Translations under genes and position numbers: made by a program
The notes under the pieces: generated by a model
The model's input: only the letters and a program-made list of their open reading frames with translations
Told to the model about the DNA's origin: nothing
The model's database searches: none
In this document: in pieces, positions 30,315 through 40,296 of the stretch
Layout of the letters: every line of letters begins with the position of its first letter
How positions within the stretch are numbered: position 1 is the stretch's first letter
From: an uncultured Desulfarculus sp.
GTDB lineage: Bacteria > Desulfobacterota > Desulfarculia > Desulfarculales > Desulfarculaceae
DNA length: 64,000 bases
NCBI GenBank assembly: GCA_963665125.2
Contig: CAXXUK010000001.1
Location: 512,001-576,000, forward strand
Direction: 5' to 3'

Positions 30315-31622
30315 TTAACCGGCCACGCGGATAAGTACTGTGTCCTCGGCGATCACCGGCAGGGCGTTTATCACGGCCAGGGCGTTTTGCACCGCCGCCT
30401 CGCCGGCCTCATGGGTCAGCATGACGATGGGAACCGGCCCGCCGCTCTGACGCCCCTTTTGGATTACCGCCTCGATGGAAATATCGTTTTCGGCAAGTAT
30501 CTTGCTGATGGCCGCCAAGACGCCAGGTTTGTCCTGGGCGCCGAAGCGGAAATAGTACTTGCTGGATGCATGTTCCAGGGCGGCCAATTCCAGGCGTCCC
30601 CTGTCTGGAGTGGCCGAACCCAGGGGCGGTACACGGCCCGGAGCGCCGCTGAGCACGTCCCTGGCCAGGTCGACGACATCGCCCACAACTGCCGAGGCCG
30701 TGGGCCTGCGGCCGGCGCCCCGGCCGTACAATAGGACTTCGCCCACCCAGTCGCCCACGGCGTACAGGGCGTTGAATGGCCCGTCCACGTTGGCCATGGG
30801 GTGGCCGAAGGGAACCAGGGCCGGATGAACCCTGGCCTCCACCGTGTCGCCGGCCAGATCCAGGACGGCCAGGAGCTTGATTTTGAAACCGAACTCACGG
30901 GCGAAGCGGATGTCCAAGGGCGTAATTCCGGTTATGCCCTCGGTGGGGATGTCGGCCAGCTCCGGCTGTTTGCCTGTGACCAGGGCGGCCACGATGGCCA
31001 GCTTGTGGGCTGTGTCGGTGCCTTGAACGTCAAAGGTTGGATCCGCCTCGGCATAGCCAGCTTCCTGGGCCTGTTTGAGGACGTCCGCGTATTCCGCGCC
31101 CTTGTTGGTCATCTCGCTGAGGATGAAGTTGCATGTGCCGTTGAGTATGCCCAGGCAGGAGCTGATTTTGTTGGCGGCCAGGCCCTCCCGAAGGGAGCGG
31201 ATCAGCGGTATTCCGCCGCCCACCGAGGCCTCGAAGGCCACGCCGACCTTGTGCTTTTCCGCGGCCTTGAATATCTCCCGGCCGTGATGGGCCAGAAGGG
31301 CCTTGTTGGCCGTGGCCACGTGCTTTCCTGCGGCAATGGCCTCCAGCACCAGAGTGCGGGCCGGCTCCAGGCCGCCGATGAGTTCCACCACGATATCGAT
31401 GTCGGGGTCGTTGATTACGTCCCGGCCGTCGGGCGTGTACACGCCGTCGGCCAGGCACAGGCCGTCGGCCAGGTTTTTATCCAGGTCCGCGGCCTTGACC
31501 AGGTTCATATCGGCGCCGATCAGATCGGAAAGGCGTTTTTTATGGGCGAGCAAAAGCTCGGCGACCCCGCCTCCCACCGTGCCCAGACCGATTAGCCCGA
31601 TGTTTACGCTGTGTTTAGCCAT
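30315..31622 (-). CDS. hom: Homoserine dehydrogenase with ACT domain
   Basis: GLGTVGGG, TANKA, FEASVGGGIP, GILNGT, GYAEADP, C-terminal ACT (DKPGVLA). Confidence 0.95.
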   Translation of the reverse strand: MAKHSVNIGLIGLGTVGGGVAELLLAHKKRLSDLIGADMNLVKAADLDKNLADGLCLADGVYTPDGRDVINDPDIDIVVELIGGLEPARTLVLEAIAAGKHVATANKALLAHHGREIFKAAEKHKVGVAFEASVGGGIPLIRSLREGLAANKISSCLGILNGTCNFILSEMTNKGAEYADVLKQAQEAGYAEADPTFDVQGTDTAHKLAIVAALVTGKQPELADIPTEGITGITPLDIRFAREFGFKIKLLAVLDLAGDTVEARVHPALVPFGHPMANVDGPFNALYAVGDWVGEVLLYGRGAGRRPTASAVVGDVVDLARDVLSGAPGRVPPLGSATPDRGRLELAALEHASSKYYFRFGAQDKPGVLAAISKILAENDISIEAVIQKGRQSGGPVPIVMLTHEAGEAAVQNALAVINALPVIAEDTVLIRVAG

Positions 31623-31643
31623 TTAAAATCCCCCGGCCCAAGA

Positions 31644-32813
31644 TCAACCAAAAAACTTGCGCAGCCCGCGGATTGCCTGGTTGGTCCTTTGCTCGTTTTC
31701 AACCAAGGCGAAACGCACGTATTCGTCGCCGTATTCACCGAAACCAATGCCTGGACTTACGGCCACGCCCGCGCCTTCGACCAGGCGCTTGCTGAACTCG
31801 ACAGATCCCAGATTGATGTATTCATCGGGAATCTTGGCCCATACAAACATTGTACCCTTGGGCGAGGGAACATCCCAGCCGATGCGGTTGAGGCCCGTGA
31901 TAAGGGTGTCCCGGCGGCTGCGGTAAACATCGACTATCTCCTGCACGCAGCTTTGGTCTTCGTTCATGGCGATGATGCCGGCGATCTGGATGGGCTGGAA
32001 AACGCCATAGTCCAAATAGCTCTTGATCCGGGTCAGGGCGTTGACCATCTCAGGGTTGCCCACGCAGAAGCCCAGGCGCCAACCGGCCATGGAGTAGCTC
32101 TTGCTGGTGCTGAAAAACTCCACGGCGATGTCCTTGGCGCCGGGCACCTGCAACACCGAAGGCGCCTTGTAACCGTCAAAGGTCAAGTCGGCATAGGCGA
32201 AGTCGTGCACCAGCCAGATTTCGTGCGCCTTGCAAAAGTCAACCAGCCGGGCCATGAAGTCCATATCCACACACAAGGTCGTGGGGTTGTGCGGGAAGCT
32301 GGTGATCATCATCTTTGGCTGGGGCCAGGTCTGGCGCATGGCCGTCTGCAGGTCATCGAAGAAATCGCGGCCCGGCAGAATCGGCACGCTGCGCAGGTCG
32401 CCGCCGGCGATTACCACGCTGTAGGGATGGATCGGATAAGTGGGGCTGGGCACCAGCACCACGTCGCCGGGGCTGATAGTGGCCAGCACCAGGTGGCTCA
32501 GGCCTTCCTTGGCGCCTATGGTGGCCACGGCCTCCGTCTCGGGGTCGATATATACGTCGTAGCGGCGCTTGTACCAGTCGGCAATGGCGTGGCGCAGCTT
32601 GGTAATGCCCTTGCTAGCAGAGTAGCGGTGATTGGTGCCCTTGCGGGCGGCCTCCACCAACTTCTCCACGATGTGATCCGGCGTGGGCAGATCAGGGTTG
32701 CCCATGCCCAGGTCGATGATGTCTTCGCCGCGCCGCCTTGCGGCCATCTTCAGCTCGTTGACCACGGCGAAAACGTAAGGGGGGAGCCTCTTCATTCTAC
32801 GAAATTCTTGCAT
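31644..32813 (-). CDS. alaC: Class I PLP aminotransferase (AlaC-like)
   Basis: [43 protein letters not shown]. Confidence 0.85.
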   Translation of the reverse strand: MQEFRRMKRLPPYVFAVVNELKMAARRRGEDIIDLGMGNPDLPTPDHIVEKLVEAARKGTNHRYSASKGITKLRHAIADWYKRRYDVYIDPETEAVATIGAKEGLSHLVLATISPGDVVLVPSPTYPIHPYSVVIAGGDLRSVPILPGRDFFDDLQTAMRQTWPQPKMMITSFPHNPTTLCVDMDFMARLVDFCKAHEIWLVHDFAYADLTFDGYKAPSVLQVPGAKDIAVEFFSTSKSYSMAGWRLGFCVGNPEMVNALTRIKSYLDYGVFQPIQIAGIIAMNEDQSCVQEIVDVYRSRRDTLITGLNRIGWDVPSPKGTMFVWAKIPDEYINLGSVEFSKRLVEGAGVAVSPGIGFGEYGDEYVRFALVENEQRTNQAIRGLRKFFG

Positions 32814-33178
32814 TGCCCCAAATCCTTGTTCAATAAAGATGGATAATGATTGCTTGGCAAGTCCCCTGCAAAATTGATATTGGGCTGAATACACGAACCT
32901 ATCCCAGCCAGTGGCCACTGTCAAGTAAGGGGCCGGATATGGCTCTGAAAAACTTAGCATCCACTATGATTTAAAATATTGTTTCTATACCAAAATACTG
33001 TTCTTGAAGTTTACGCGCCTCGGTATTTGCGGCACAATGAGCTTAGCGATAGAATTGCCAGCTTCGATCTGACCTTGGTCGCTTATGTCGTTACTTAATG
33101 TAGCGCATAGAATCATCATGGCGGGCCAAGGTCGACAGGACCAAGCGGCGGATAAGCTCCGCCAGCGGAGTGGAACAA

Positions 33179-35305
33179 ATGGCGAACAGTTTGTACATCA
33201 CGGCAACCGAAGCCAACAGCGGCAAGAGCGTCATCTGTCTTGGCGTGATGGAGATGCTGCTAAGGATGATCGACAAGGTGGCGTTTTTTCGCCCCATTAT
33301 CCGCGACGACGCCTGCCCCCATGACCCGTCGATCATCGATCATGACATCCACCTCATCGCAGAACACTTCAATCTTGACGTGCCCCGGCAAGACATGTAC
33401 GGCCTGACCGGAACCGAATCGGAACTGATGTGGTCCACCGGGCGCAAATCCGAATTGATAGACCTGATTTTGGCCAAGCATGGCAAGCTTATCGAAAACC
33501 ATGAGTTTGTGCTCTTTGAGGGCACGGATTTCGCCCATTCCACCAGCGCCTTCGAGTTTGACATCAACTCGGAGTTTGCCAAGCTCTTGCAAGCCCCGGT
33601 GCTGCTGGTGGCCAACGCTCATAACCGCAGTATCGACGAAACAGCCCGTTCGGTGGAGTTGTCTTTCGACTCACTGCGCAGCAAGGGCTGCGAGGTGGTC
33701 GCCACCATCGTCAACCGCGTGCGTCCGGGCGAGCAGGAAATCGTCATCAAGACCATCCAGCGGATGCGCTTCGCGCGCAACCAGATGGTGTTCGCCGTAC
33801 CCAACCGCCGCACACTGAACCTGCCCACAGTGGGCCAGGTGGCCGAGACCTTGGGCGCCAGGGTGATCCACGGCAAGGACCAGCTCAACCGAAACGTGCA
33901 CTCATTCACTGTCGCGGCCATGCAGATGCATAACTTTTTGCAACGCGTGACCCACGGCACCCTGGTGATAACCTCCGGCGACCGCTCCGATGTGATCGTG
34001 GCCTGCCTGGCCTCGCTCAGTTCCCAGGCCATGCCCAAGATTTCGGGCATAGTGCTGACCGGCGGGCTGGTGCCGGAAAAGCCCATCCAGGAACTTATCG
34101 AGGGATTCTCCCGGACGGTGCCGATTCTCAGCGTCCAGGAAAACACCTTTCCCACGGCCATCAGGGTGGAAAACGTCTGCGCCAAGCTGAGCCCCAGGGA
34201 CGAACGCAAGATCGCCAGGGCCTTGGCCGCCTTTGAGCGCAATGTGGACGACGAAACCTTGGCCGGCAAGATCGTCACCACCGAGACCAAGGTCTTGACG
34301 CCCAAGATGTTCGAGTACCGCCTGTTGCAGCGGGCACGCCGCCACAAGCAGCACATCGTGCTGCCCGAAGCCACCGACGAGCGCATCCTGCGGGCTACGG
34401 AAATCCTGCGCAGCCGCGATGTCGTGGATATAACCCTGTTGGGCGACGAAGACGCCGTCCGGGCCAAGATCCGGGAATATTCGCTGCGTTTGGAAGACGT
34501 GCCCATTGTTTGCCCATATGCCAGCGGCAAGTTCGACGAATACGTTGAAGCGTTCTATGAAATGCGCAAGCGCAAGGGCATCACCCTGGAGAACGCCAGG
34601 GACATAATGAACGACCTGACGTATTTCGCCACCATGATGGTGCACAAGGGCGATGCCGACGGCATGGTTTCGGGCGCCGTGCATACAACGGCCGACACCG
34701 TACGCCCGGCCTTCCAGATTATCAAGACCCGGCCTGGCGTGTCGGTGGTGTCCAGCGTGTTTTTCATGTGCCTGTCGGACCGCGTGCTGGTTTACGGCGA
34801 CTGCGCCGTCAACCCCAACCCAACGGCGAAGCAACTGGCCGAAATCGCCCTCAGCTCGGCCCATACGGCAGAGATATTCGGCGTGGATCCCAGGGTGGCC
34901 ATGCTCAGCTACTCCACCGGTGACAGCGGGTCCGGCGAAGACGTGGACCGTGTCCGCGAGGCCACGGCCCTGGTCAAGGAAATGGCCATGGAGCATCATC
35001 CCGGTCTGAAGATCGAAGGCCCCATCCAGTACGACGCGGCCACGGACATGGCCGTGGCCCGGACCAAGATGCCCGGCAGCGAAGTGGCGGGCCAAGCCAC
35101 GGTGTTCATCTTCCCGGACCTCAATACGGGAAACAACACCTACAAGGCCGTACAGCGCACGGCCAAGGCCGTGGCCATAGGCCCCGTGTTGCAGGGCCTC
35201 AATAAGCCGGTCAACGACCTCAGCCGCGGTTGTCTGGTCAGTGACGTGCTCAACACCATCGCCATTACGGCCATCCAGGCCCAGGCGGTCAAGGGACTCA
35301 AGTAA
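33179..35305 (+). CDS. pta: Phosphate acetyltransferase, long form (AAA/DRTGG)
   Basis: SGKS, GDRSD, IVLPE, GAVHTT, DCAVNP, GPIQYDAA, FPDLNTGN, NDLSRG. Confidence 0.95.
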   Translation: MANSLYITATEANSGKSVICLGVMEMLLRMIDKVAFFRPIIRDDACPHDPSIIDHDIHLIAEHFNLDVPRQDMYGLTGTESELMWSTGRKSELIDLILAKHGKLIENHEFVLFEGTDFAHSTSAFEFDINSEFAKLLQAPVLLVANAHNRSIDETARSVELSFDSLRSKGCEVVATIVNRVRPGEQEIVIKTIQRMRFARNQMVFAVPNRRTLNLPTVGQVAETLGARVIHGKDQLNRNVHSFTVAAMQMHNFLQRVTHGTLVITSGDRSDVIVACLASLSSQAMPKISGIVLTGGLVPEKPIQELIEGFSRTVPILSVQENTFPTAIRVENVCAKLSPRDERKIARALAAFERNVDDETLAGKIVTTETKVLTPKMFEYRLLQRARRHKQHIVLPEATDERILRATEILRSRDVVDITLLGDEDAVRAKIREYSLRLEDVPIVCPYASGKFDEYVEAFYEMRKRKGITLENARDIMNDLTYFATMMVHKGDADGMVSGAVHTTADTVRPAFQIIKTRPGVSVVSSVFFMCLSDRVLVYGDCAVNPNPTAKQLAEIALSSAHTAEIFGVDPRVAMLSYSTGDSGSGEDVDRVREATALVKEMAMEHHPGLKIEGPIQYDAATDMAVARTKMPGSEVAGQATVFIFPDLNTGNNTYKAVQRTAKAVAIGPVLQGLNKPVNDLSRGCLVSDVLNTIAITAIQAQAVKGLK

Positions 35306-36516
35306 TGCGCATCCTGGTAATCAACACCGGCAGTTCATCCATCAAGTACCAGCTGTTCGACATGGACCGGCAGACCATCCTTGCCTCGGGCCTGGCCGAG
35401 CGGATTGGCGAACAACAAAGCCTTATCAAGCATAAAACTTTCAATAACGGGCAGGCCGCCGAACTGGATATCCGCGAACCCATTGCCGACCACCAGGCCG
35501 GCCTGGCCCGCATAGTCGATCTGCTCACCGATACGGCGGACGGTATTATCGCCGATAAAAGCGACATCGACGCGGTGGGCCACCGGGTGGTTCACGGCGG
35601 CGAGGCCTTTCATGCGCCCTGCGTCATCGACGACGAGGTCATAGCGGCCATCGAGGAATTCGTACCCCTGGCCCCCTTGCACAACCCGTCCAACCTCATC
35701 GGCATCAACGTGGCCAGGCGGTTGTTTCCCGCCGCCGCGCAGGTCGCCGTTTTTGATACGGCCTTTCATCAGACCATCCCGGCCGAGAGCTATCTCTACG
35801 CCCTGCCGTACGAGCTTTATCAAAAGCACCGGGTGCGGCGTTACGGCTTTCACGGTACGTCACACTGGTATGTCAGCGAAAAGGCCGCCGAGTTTCTGGG
35901 CCGGCCCCTTGACCAGCTCAAGATGATCACCATCCACCTGGGCAATGGCGCAAGCATGGCCGCGGTCAATGGCGGCAAGTGCGTCGACACATCCATGGGC
36001 ATGACGCCCCTGGAAGGCTTGGTCATGGGCACGCGCAGCGGCGACGTGGACCCGGCCCTGCCGTTTTTCCTGGCCGCCAACCTGGGCATGGACCTGGCCG
36101 GCATCGACAGGCTGCTGAACAAGGAAAGCGGCCTCAAAGGCCTGTGCGGCTTCAACGACATGCGCCAGGTGATCGAGGCGGCTGAGGGTGGACAGGAAAC
36201 CGCTCGGCTGGCCCTGAATATCTACGCCCTGCGCATAAAGAAGTACATCGGCGCCTACCTGGCCGAACTGGGCGGGCTGGACGCAATAATCTTCACGGCG
36301 GGCATCGGCGAAAACGCCCCCCTGGTCCGGTCAATGTGCTGTCAGGGCCTGGAGCATATCGGCATCGCCGTGGACGGGCAAAAAAACGCGGTTCGCTCAT
36401 CCGGGGCCCGCAGCATCAGCAAGGACGGCACTGCGGTGCAGGTGTTGGTGGTGCCCACCGACGAGGAACTCAAGATCGCCCGGGAGACCCAAAAGCTCCT
36501 GGAATCAAGGCAGTGA
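35305..36516 (+). CDS. ackA: Acetate kinase
   Basis: INTGSSSIK, GHRVVHGG, APLHNP, FDTAFH, YGFHGTSH, HLGNGAS, TAGIGEN. Confidence 0.96.
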   Translation: MRILVINTGSSSIKYQLFDMDRQTILASGLAERIGEQQSLIKHKTFNNGQAAELDIREPIADHQAGLARIVDLLTDTADGIIADKSDIDAVGHRVVHGGEAFHAPCVIDDEVIAAIEEFVPLAPLHNPSNLIGINVARRLFPAAAQVAVFDTAFHQTIPAESYLYALPYELYQKHRVRRYGFHGTSHWYVSEKAAEFLGRPLDQLKMITIHLGNGASMAAVNGGKCVDTSMGMTPLEGLVMGTRSGDVDPALPFFLAANLGMDLAGIDRLLNKESGLKGLCGFNDMRQVIEAAEGGQETARLALNIYALRIKKYIGAYLAELGGLDAIIFTAGIGENAPLVRSMCCQGLEHIGIAVDGQKNAVRSSGARSISKDGTAVQVLVVPTDEELKIARETQKLLESRQ

Positions 36517-36595
36517 AAAAAATCACTGGCATTGGCAGGCCGCCTGTATTAGGATGCCCAGGTCAGTGTAGGTGATCACCAACCGGAGGACCACG

Positions 36596-36688
36596 ATGTT
36601 GGACGTTATTCTCGGCGCTCTGGGCGCGGCCTGTTTCTGGTGCTGCGTTACCGCCCTGGTGTACTTCGGCACCAAAGCCGATCAGTAA
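36596..36688 (+). CDS. 30-aa single-TM small protein (not in the ORF track)
   Basis: GGAGGA RBS 5 nt before ATG; MLDVILGALGAACFWCCVTALVYFGTKADQ*. Confidence 0.55.
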   Translation: MLDVILGALGAACFWCCVTALVYFGTKADQ

Positions 36689-36746
36689 ACACCAGCCGCC
36701 AGCGGCTATCCAACCCCCAGCCCGTTTTGGGTCGGGGGTTTGTTTT

Positions 36747-36994
36747 TTCGGGGGAAACCTTTTTCTTTTTGGAAAAAAGAAAAAGGTTTCCCCCGAACCC
36801 CCTTCCAAAAAGAAAACCATATGCGCTGCCGCTTTTGCTGATGGCAAAAGCGGCAGCGCCGTGTTTGGGCACCAAAGTGTGAAAACCCGCCTAACGCCCA
36901 AAACGCCGCGAAACCGTTTGCGCCGCAGGCGAAAACGGTTTCGCGCGAAGTTTTTTGGGGGTTTGGGGGGCTTTTTTTCAAAAAAGCCCCCCAA
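36747..36994. repeat. Multi-hairpin intergenic element
   Basis: Four inverted repeats: 24-bp stem at 36747-36797, 16-bp stem at 36823-36859, and hairpins at ~36907-36945 and ~36963-36994. Confidence 0.7.
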
Positions 36995-37007
36995 GAAAAA
37001 CAAAAAA

Positions 37008-38324
37008 CTAAAAATAATACGTCACCCAGAGGAAGACCTGATCCGGGGCGGTTGATTTGAGGTCGGTGCCGGGCAGGGTGAAGCCGCCGTATTCGGTGCC
37101 GTCGCCGCCCAGATAGGCATTGCCGCCCAGTTGGACTTCGGTGTTTTGAGTGGCGCTCCACACGGCCCGGGGTTGCAGGAGCAGGGAGCCGTCGTGGAGG
37201 TTGACCATGGTGATGGCGTAGAGGGTGAGCAGGGGGTGCAACTCGTATTTGAGCTGGGCGTCTATGTAGGCCCGGCCCATGACGAACAGGGTGCCCTGGT
37301 CCAGTCGCTCGACAATGGCCGGGTCGCCGATGGCCTGTTCCGGGTCGTCGCGGCCCAGGCCGTTGAAGTAGAACTCCAGCCAGCCGTACCAGTTTTTGCC
37401 TGCCCAAACCCAGGAGTAGTCGATGTTGGCGATGAATGAAAGGTAGCCGCCGTCGCTGTAGTCGTCGTCCATTTGGGTGTAGGTGATGTCGCAGCGCCAG
37501 GCGGCCTGGCCCACATAACCCACCGCGCCGACGGCGGCCACGTTGTCCTGGTAGTTTTTGGCGAGCATGAAGTCCACGCCCATATCGCCCCAGGCGTGAT
37601 GCAGTTTGACGGCCAGGGCCGACTGCTGCCACTCGACGTCGCTGTTGGCGGGGTTGCGGCGGGGCAGGGCCAGGGCCTGCATGGAGCCCAGGGAGCCCAC
37701 GTCAAATTGGACAAAGGCCATATCATCGCCGACTTTGTAATCGCGCTGGAAATCGGTGGGCGAAAAGGGGTTGAACAGGTCCATGGGGTTGAACAGCAGG
37801 CCGTGGCCCCAGGTCAGGGCCTGGCGGCCCAGGCGGATGGTGCCCCAATCCGGAAAAATATCCAGGACCAGGCGGTCCAGACGGTGATAGAGAACGTACG
37901 AGTCGTCGTCGCTGAGGACCTTGGTAAGGTCGAAAAGGCGGCGATCGTCATTGATCGGCCGGACGGTTTGCAGGGCTCCGGCGGCGGCAAGGCCCGGCTG
38001 AATGCGGGACAGCTCGAGGAGCTTGCGCCGGGTGTCTCCACCGTTCAGGGTGGCTTCGTAGTGGGTCTCGAATTCGCCCCACTGGCCGAAATAGACCTTG
38101 TTCTTCAGGCGGAAATCAAACACGCCGTCATAGAGATCGCCCGCGCCCACCGGGGCAAAATAGCTGTCATCGTCGGCATGGGAATAGATGGCCTGGCCCC
38201 GGATGTGGCCGCCCCATTCCGGCGACAGGCTTTGCCAGAACGATTGCTGCTGGCCGTCGGCCAGGGCGGGAGAGGCCATAAGGGCGCTCAGACAGATGAT
38301 GATCAGGCAAAGGGCGCGGCGCAT
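37008..38324 (-). CDS. Putative outer-membrane beta-barrel protein
   Basis: Signal peptide; RLGRQALTWG..FNPMD; C-terminal VTYYF beta-signal. Confidence 0.75.
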   Translation of the reverse strand: MRRALCLIIICLSALMASPALADGQQQSFWQSLSPEWGGHIRGQAIYSHADDDSYFAPVGAGDLYDGVFDFRLKNKVYFGQWGEFETHYEATLNGGDTRRKLLELSRIQPGLAAAGALQTVRPINDDRRLFDLTKVLSDDDSYVLYHRLDRLVLDIFPDWGTIRLGRQALTWGHGLLFNPMDLFNPFSPTDFQRDYKVGDDMAFVQFDVGSLGSMQALALPRRNPANSDVEWQQSALAVKLHHAWGDMGVDFMLAKNYQDNVAAVGAVGYVGQAAWRCDITYTQMDDDYSDGGYLSFIANIDYSWVWAGKNWYGWLEFYFNGLGRDDPEQAIGDPAIVERLDQGTLFVMGRAYIDAQLKYELHPLLTLYAITMVNLHDGSLLLQPRAVWSATQNTEVQLGGNAYLGGDGTEYGGFTLPGTDLKSTAPDQVFLWVTYYF

Positions 38325-38328
38325 GGCT

Positions 38329-39018
38329 CTAGTCTTTCTTGATGACGTCATCGGCCACCACGCCGTCGCGGATGTGGATCAGCCTGCGGGCATAGTCCAT
38401 GACCATGTCGTCGTGGGTGGAAAAGATGAAGGTCACGCCTTTTTCCCGGTTCATCAGCTTCATCATCTCCAATAGCCCCTGGCCGGTCTTGGAATCCAGG
38501 TTTGCCGTGGGCTCGTCGGCCAGCACAATGGCCGGGTTGGAGACGATGGCCCTGGCCACGGCCACGCGCTGTTGTTGGCCGCCGGAAAGCTCGGCCGGGC
38601 GGCGGTTGTACATGCCTTCCAGGCCGACTTCGTTCAGCATTTCCGTGGCCAGCTTGCGGCGTTTGGTAGCTTCCACGCCCTGCAAGAGCATGACGTACTC
38701 GACGTTTTCCAGGGCGGAAAGAACCGGTATGAGGTTGTAGGCCTGAAATACGAAGCCGACTTTTTGCAGGCGCAGGTTGGCCAGCTGGCCCTGGTTCATC
38801 CTGGCGAAGTCATTGCCGTCGACGATCACATTGCCGCTGTCGGGCAGGTCCAGGCCGCCGATCATGTTCAGGGTGGTGGTTTTGCCCGAGCCGGAAGGCC
38901 CGGCCAGGGCCACGAAGCCGCCGGGGTCAATGCTCAGGTTAATGCCCCGCAGGGCATGCACTGTCACGTCGCCTTGCTTGTAATCTTTTTTTACGTCGCG
39001 GCATTCAACCAGGCTCAT
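38329..39018 (-). CDS. ABC ATPase (LolD/MacB-like)
   Basis: GPSGSGKT, LSGGQQQR, LADEPT, STHD. Confidence 0.92.
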   Translation of the reverse strand: MSLVECRDVKKDYKQGDVTVHALRGINLSIDPGGFVALAGPSGSGKTTTLNMIGGLDLPDSGNVIVDGNDFARMNQGQLANLRLQKVGFVFQAYNLIPVLSALENVEYVMLLQGVEATKRRKLATEMLNEVGLEGMYNRRPAELSGGQQQRVAVARAIVSNPAIVLADEPTANLDSKTGQGLLEMMKLMNREKGVTFIFSTHDDMVMDYARRLIHIRDGVVADDVIKKD

Positions 39019-39051
39019 CGCATATTCTCCATTGGGGATCGCCCCCGCTTG

Positions 39052-40281
39052 TTAAGTGTGGCTCAGGGCTTCAACCGGAGTGAAGCGGGCGGCCTTGACC
39101 GCCGGGTACAGGCTGACCAAAATGCCAAGGATCAGCACGATGAAGTTGGCGAGCAAGACATCGCTGAGGCGCAGCACCGGATAGAGCATGCGTTCCATGC
39201 CCCAAAACTCGGCGCCGGCGGCCAGAGCCGACAAATCAATGCCCGTGTCGGAAACGGCCCAGGTGCAGGCCAGGCCCAGGATATTGCCCACCAGCATGCC
39301 CAAGATCATCAAAAACAGCGATTCGGTGACGACCTCGGCAATGATCCGCCTGGGCCGCAGGCCCAGGGCCTTGAGCAGGCCGAATTCCCGGATGCGTTCC
39401 ATCACGGCCATGAGCAGGGTGTTGACGATGCCGAAGCCCATGGCGATGAACACCACCAGATACCACAGCCAGATAAAGCCGTTGAACATGGCAAGATAGG
39501 CCTCGGTGATGGGCTGGAGCTGTTTCCAGGTCATGACCTCCAGATCCTTGGGCAGGTCCTGGCGCAGCGTGGCGGCCAGGGGGTCGCCTTGGTCGCGTTC
39601 GGCCAACATGATGGCCACTTCCGAGATGCCCTGGTCCATTTTAAGCATTTTCTGGGCCGCGGGCAGAGTCACGTAGACGTATTGTTTTTCCGTTGATTCC
39701 ATCTCGGCGGTGAATACACCGGCAATGCGGAAGGCCCGTGATGCGATGTTTTTGGTGGTGTCCTGGCTCATCAAGACGACCTTGTGGCCCACCTTGGCCC
39801 CGAATTTTTCCAACAGGGCCCGGCCTACCAGGATGCCGTATTCGTCCCCGGCTTTGAGGTAGTCGCCCTGTTTGACGGCATCGCCGATGAACGAGACCTT
39901 GGCCTCCTTTGGCGGGTCGATTCCAACCAAGGTGACGCCGCCGGAATGCCGGGCATTGCTGATGATGGCGTTCACCCGGATGCGCGGGGCCCAGTTACCG
40001 CCCGGCGGCAGCAGCTTTTGCACCTTGGCCTCGACGGGCGCCGGGTCGTTGATGCTGTGTTCGATAACCGGGTCGTCGTGGTATCCCTTTTGGTGGATCT
40101 GGATGTCGCCGGTCATTGTGATGATGCTGTTGCGGATCATGCCTTCGACCATGCCGTACATCAGGGCCGTGAGAAAGATCATGCTCCATACGGCTATGAC
40201 CACGGCCAGACCGATGACGGCCGTGCGCCGGGGGTTGCGCCAGACATTGCGCCAAGCCATCAAGAAATACATGCGGCCCAT
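39052..40281 (-). CDS. FtsX/LolE-like ABC permease
   Basis: AWRNVWRNPRRT, ERIREFG, YPAVKAA...PVEAL. Confidence 0.9.
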   Translation of the reverse strand: MGRMYFLMAWRNVWRNPRRTAVIGLAVVIAVWSMIFLTALMYGMVEGMIRNSIITMTGDIQIHQKGYHDDPVIEHSINDPAPVEAKVQKLLPPGGNWAPRIRVNAIISNARHSGGVTLVGIDPPKEAKVSFIGDAVKQGDYLKAGDEYGILVGRALLEKFGAKVGHKVVLMSQDTTKNIASRAFRIAGVFTAEMESTEKQYVYVTLPAAQKMLKMDQGISEVAIMLAERDQGDPLAATLRQDLPKDLEVMTWKQLQPITEAYLAMFNGFIWLWYLVVFIAMGFGIVNTLLMAVMERIREFGLLKALGLRPRRIIAEVVTESLFLMILGMLVGNILGLACTWAVSDTGIDLSALAAGAEFWGMERMLYPVLRLSDVLLANFIVLILGILVSLYPAVKAARFTPVEALSHT

Positions 40282-40296
40282 CCTTTCAAATCAGCT

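Noticed and set aside
36563..37632. ORFs spanning the palindromic element
   Set aside because: Low-complexity F/K/G/P translations of hairpin DNA, or off-frame overlaps of the barrel gene.
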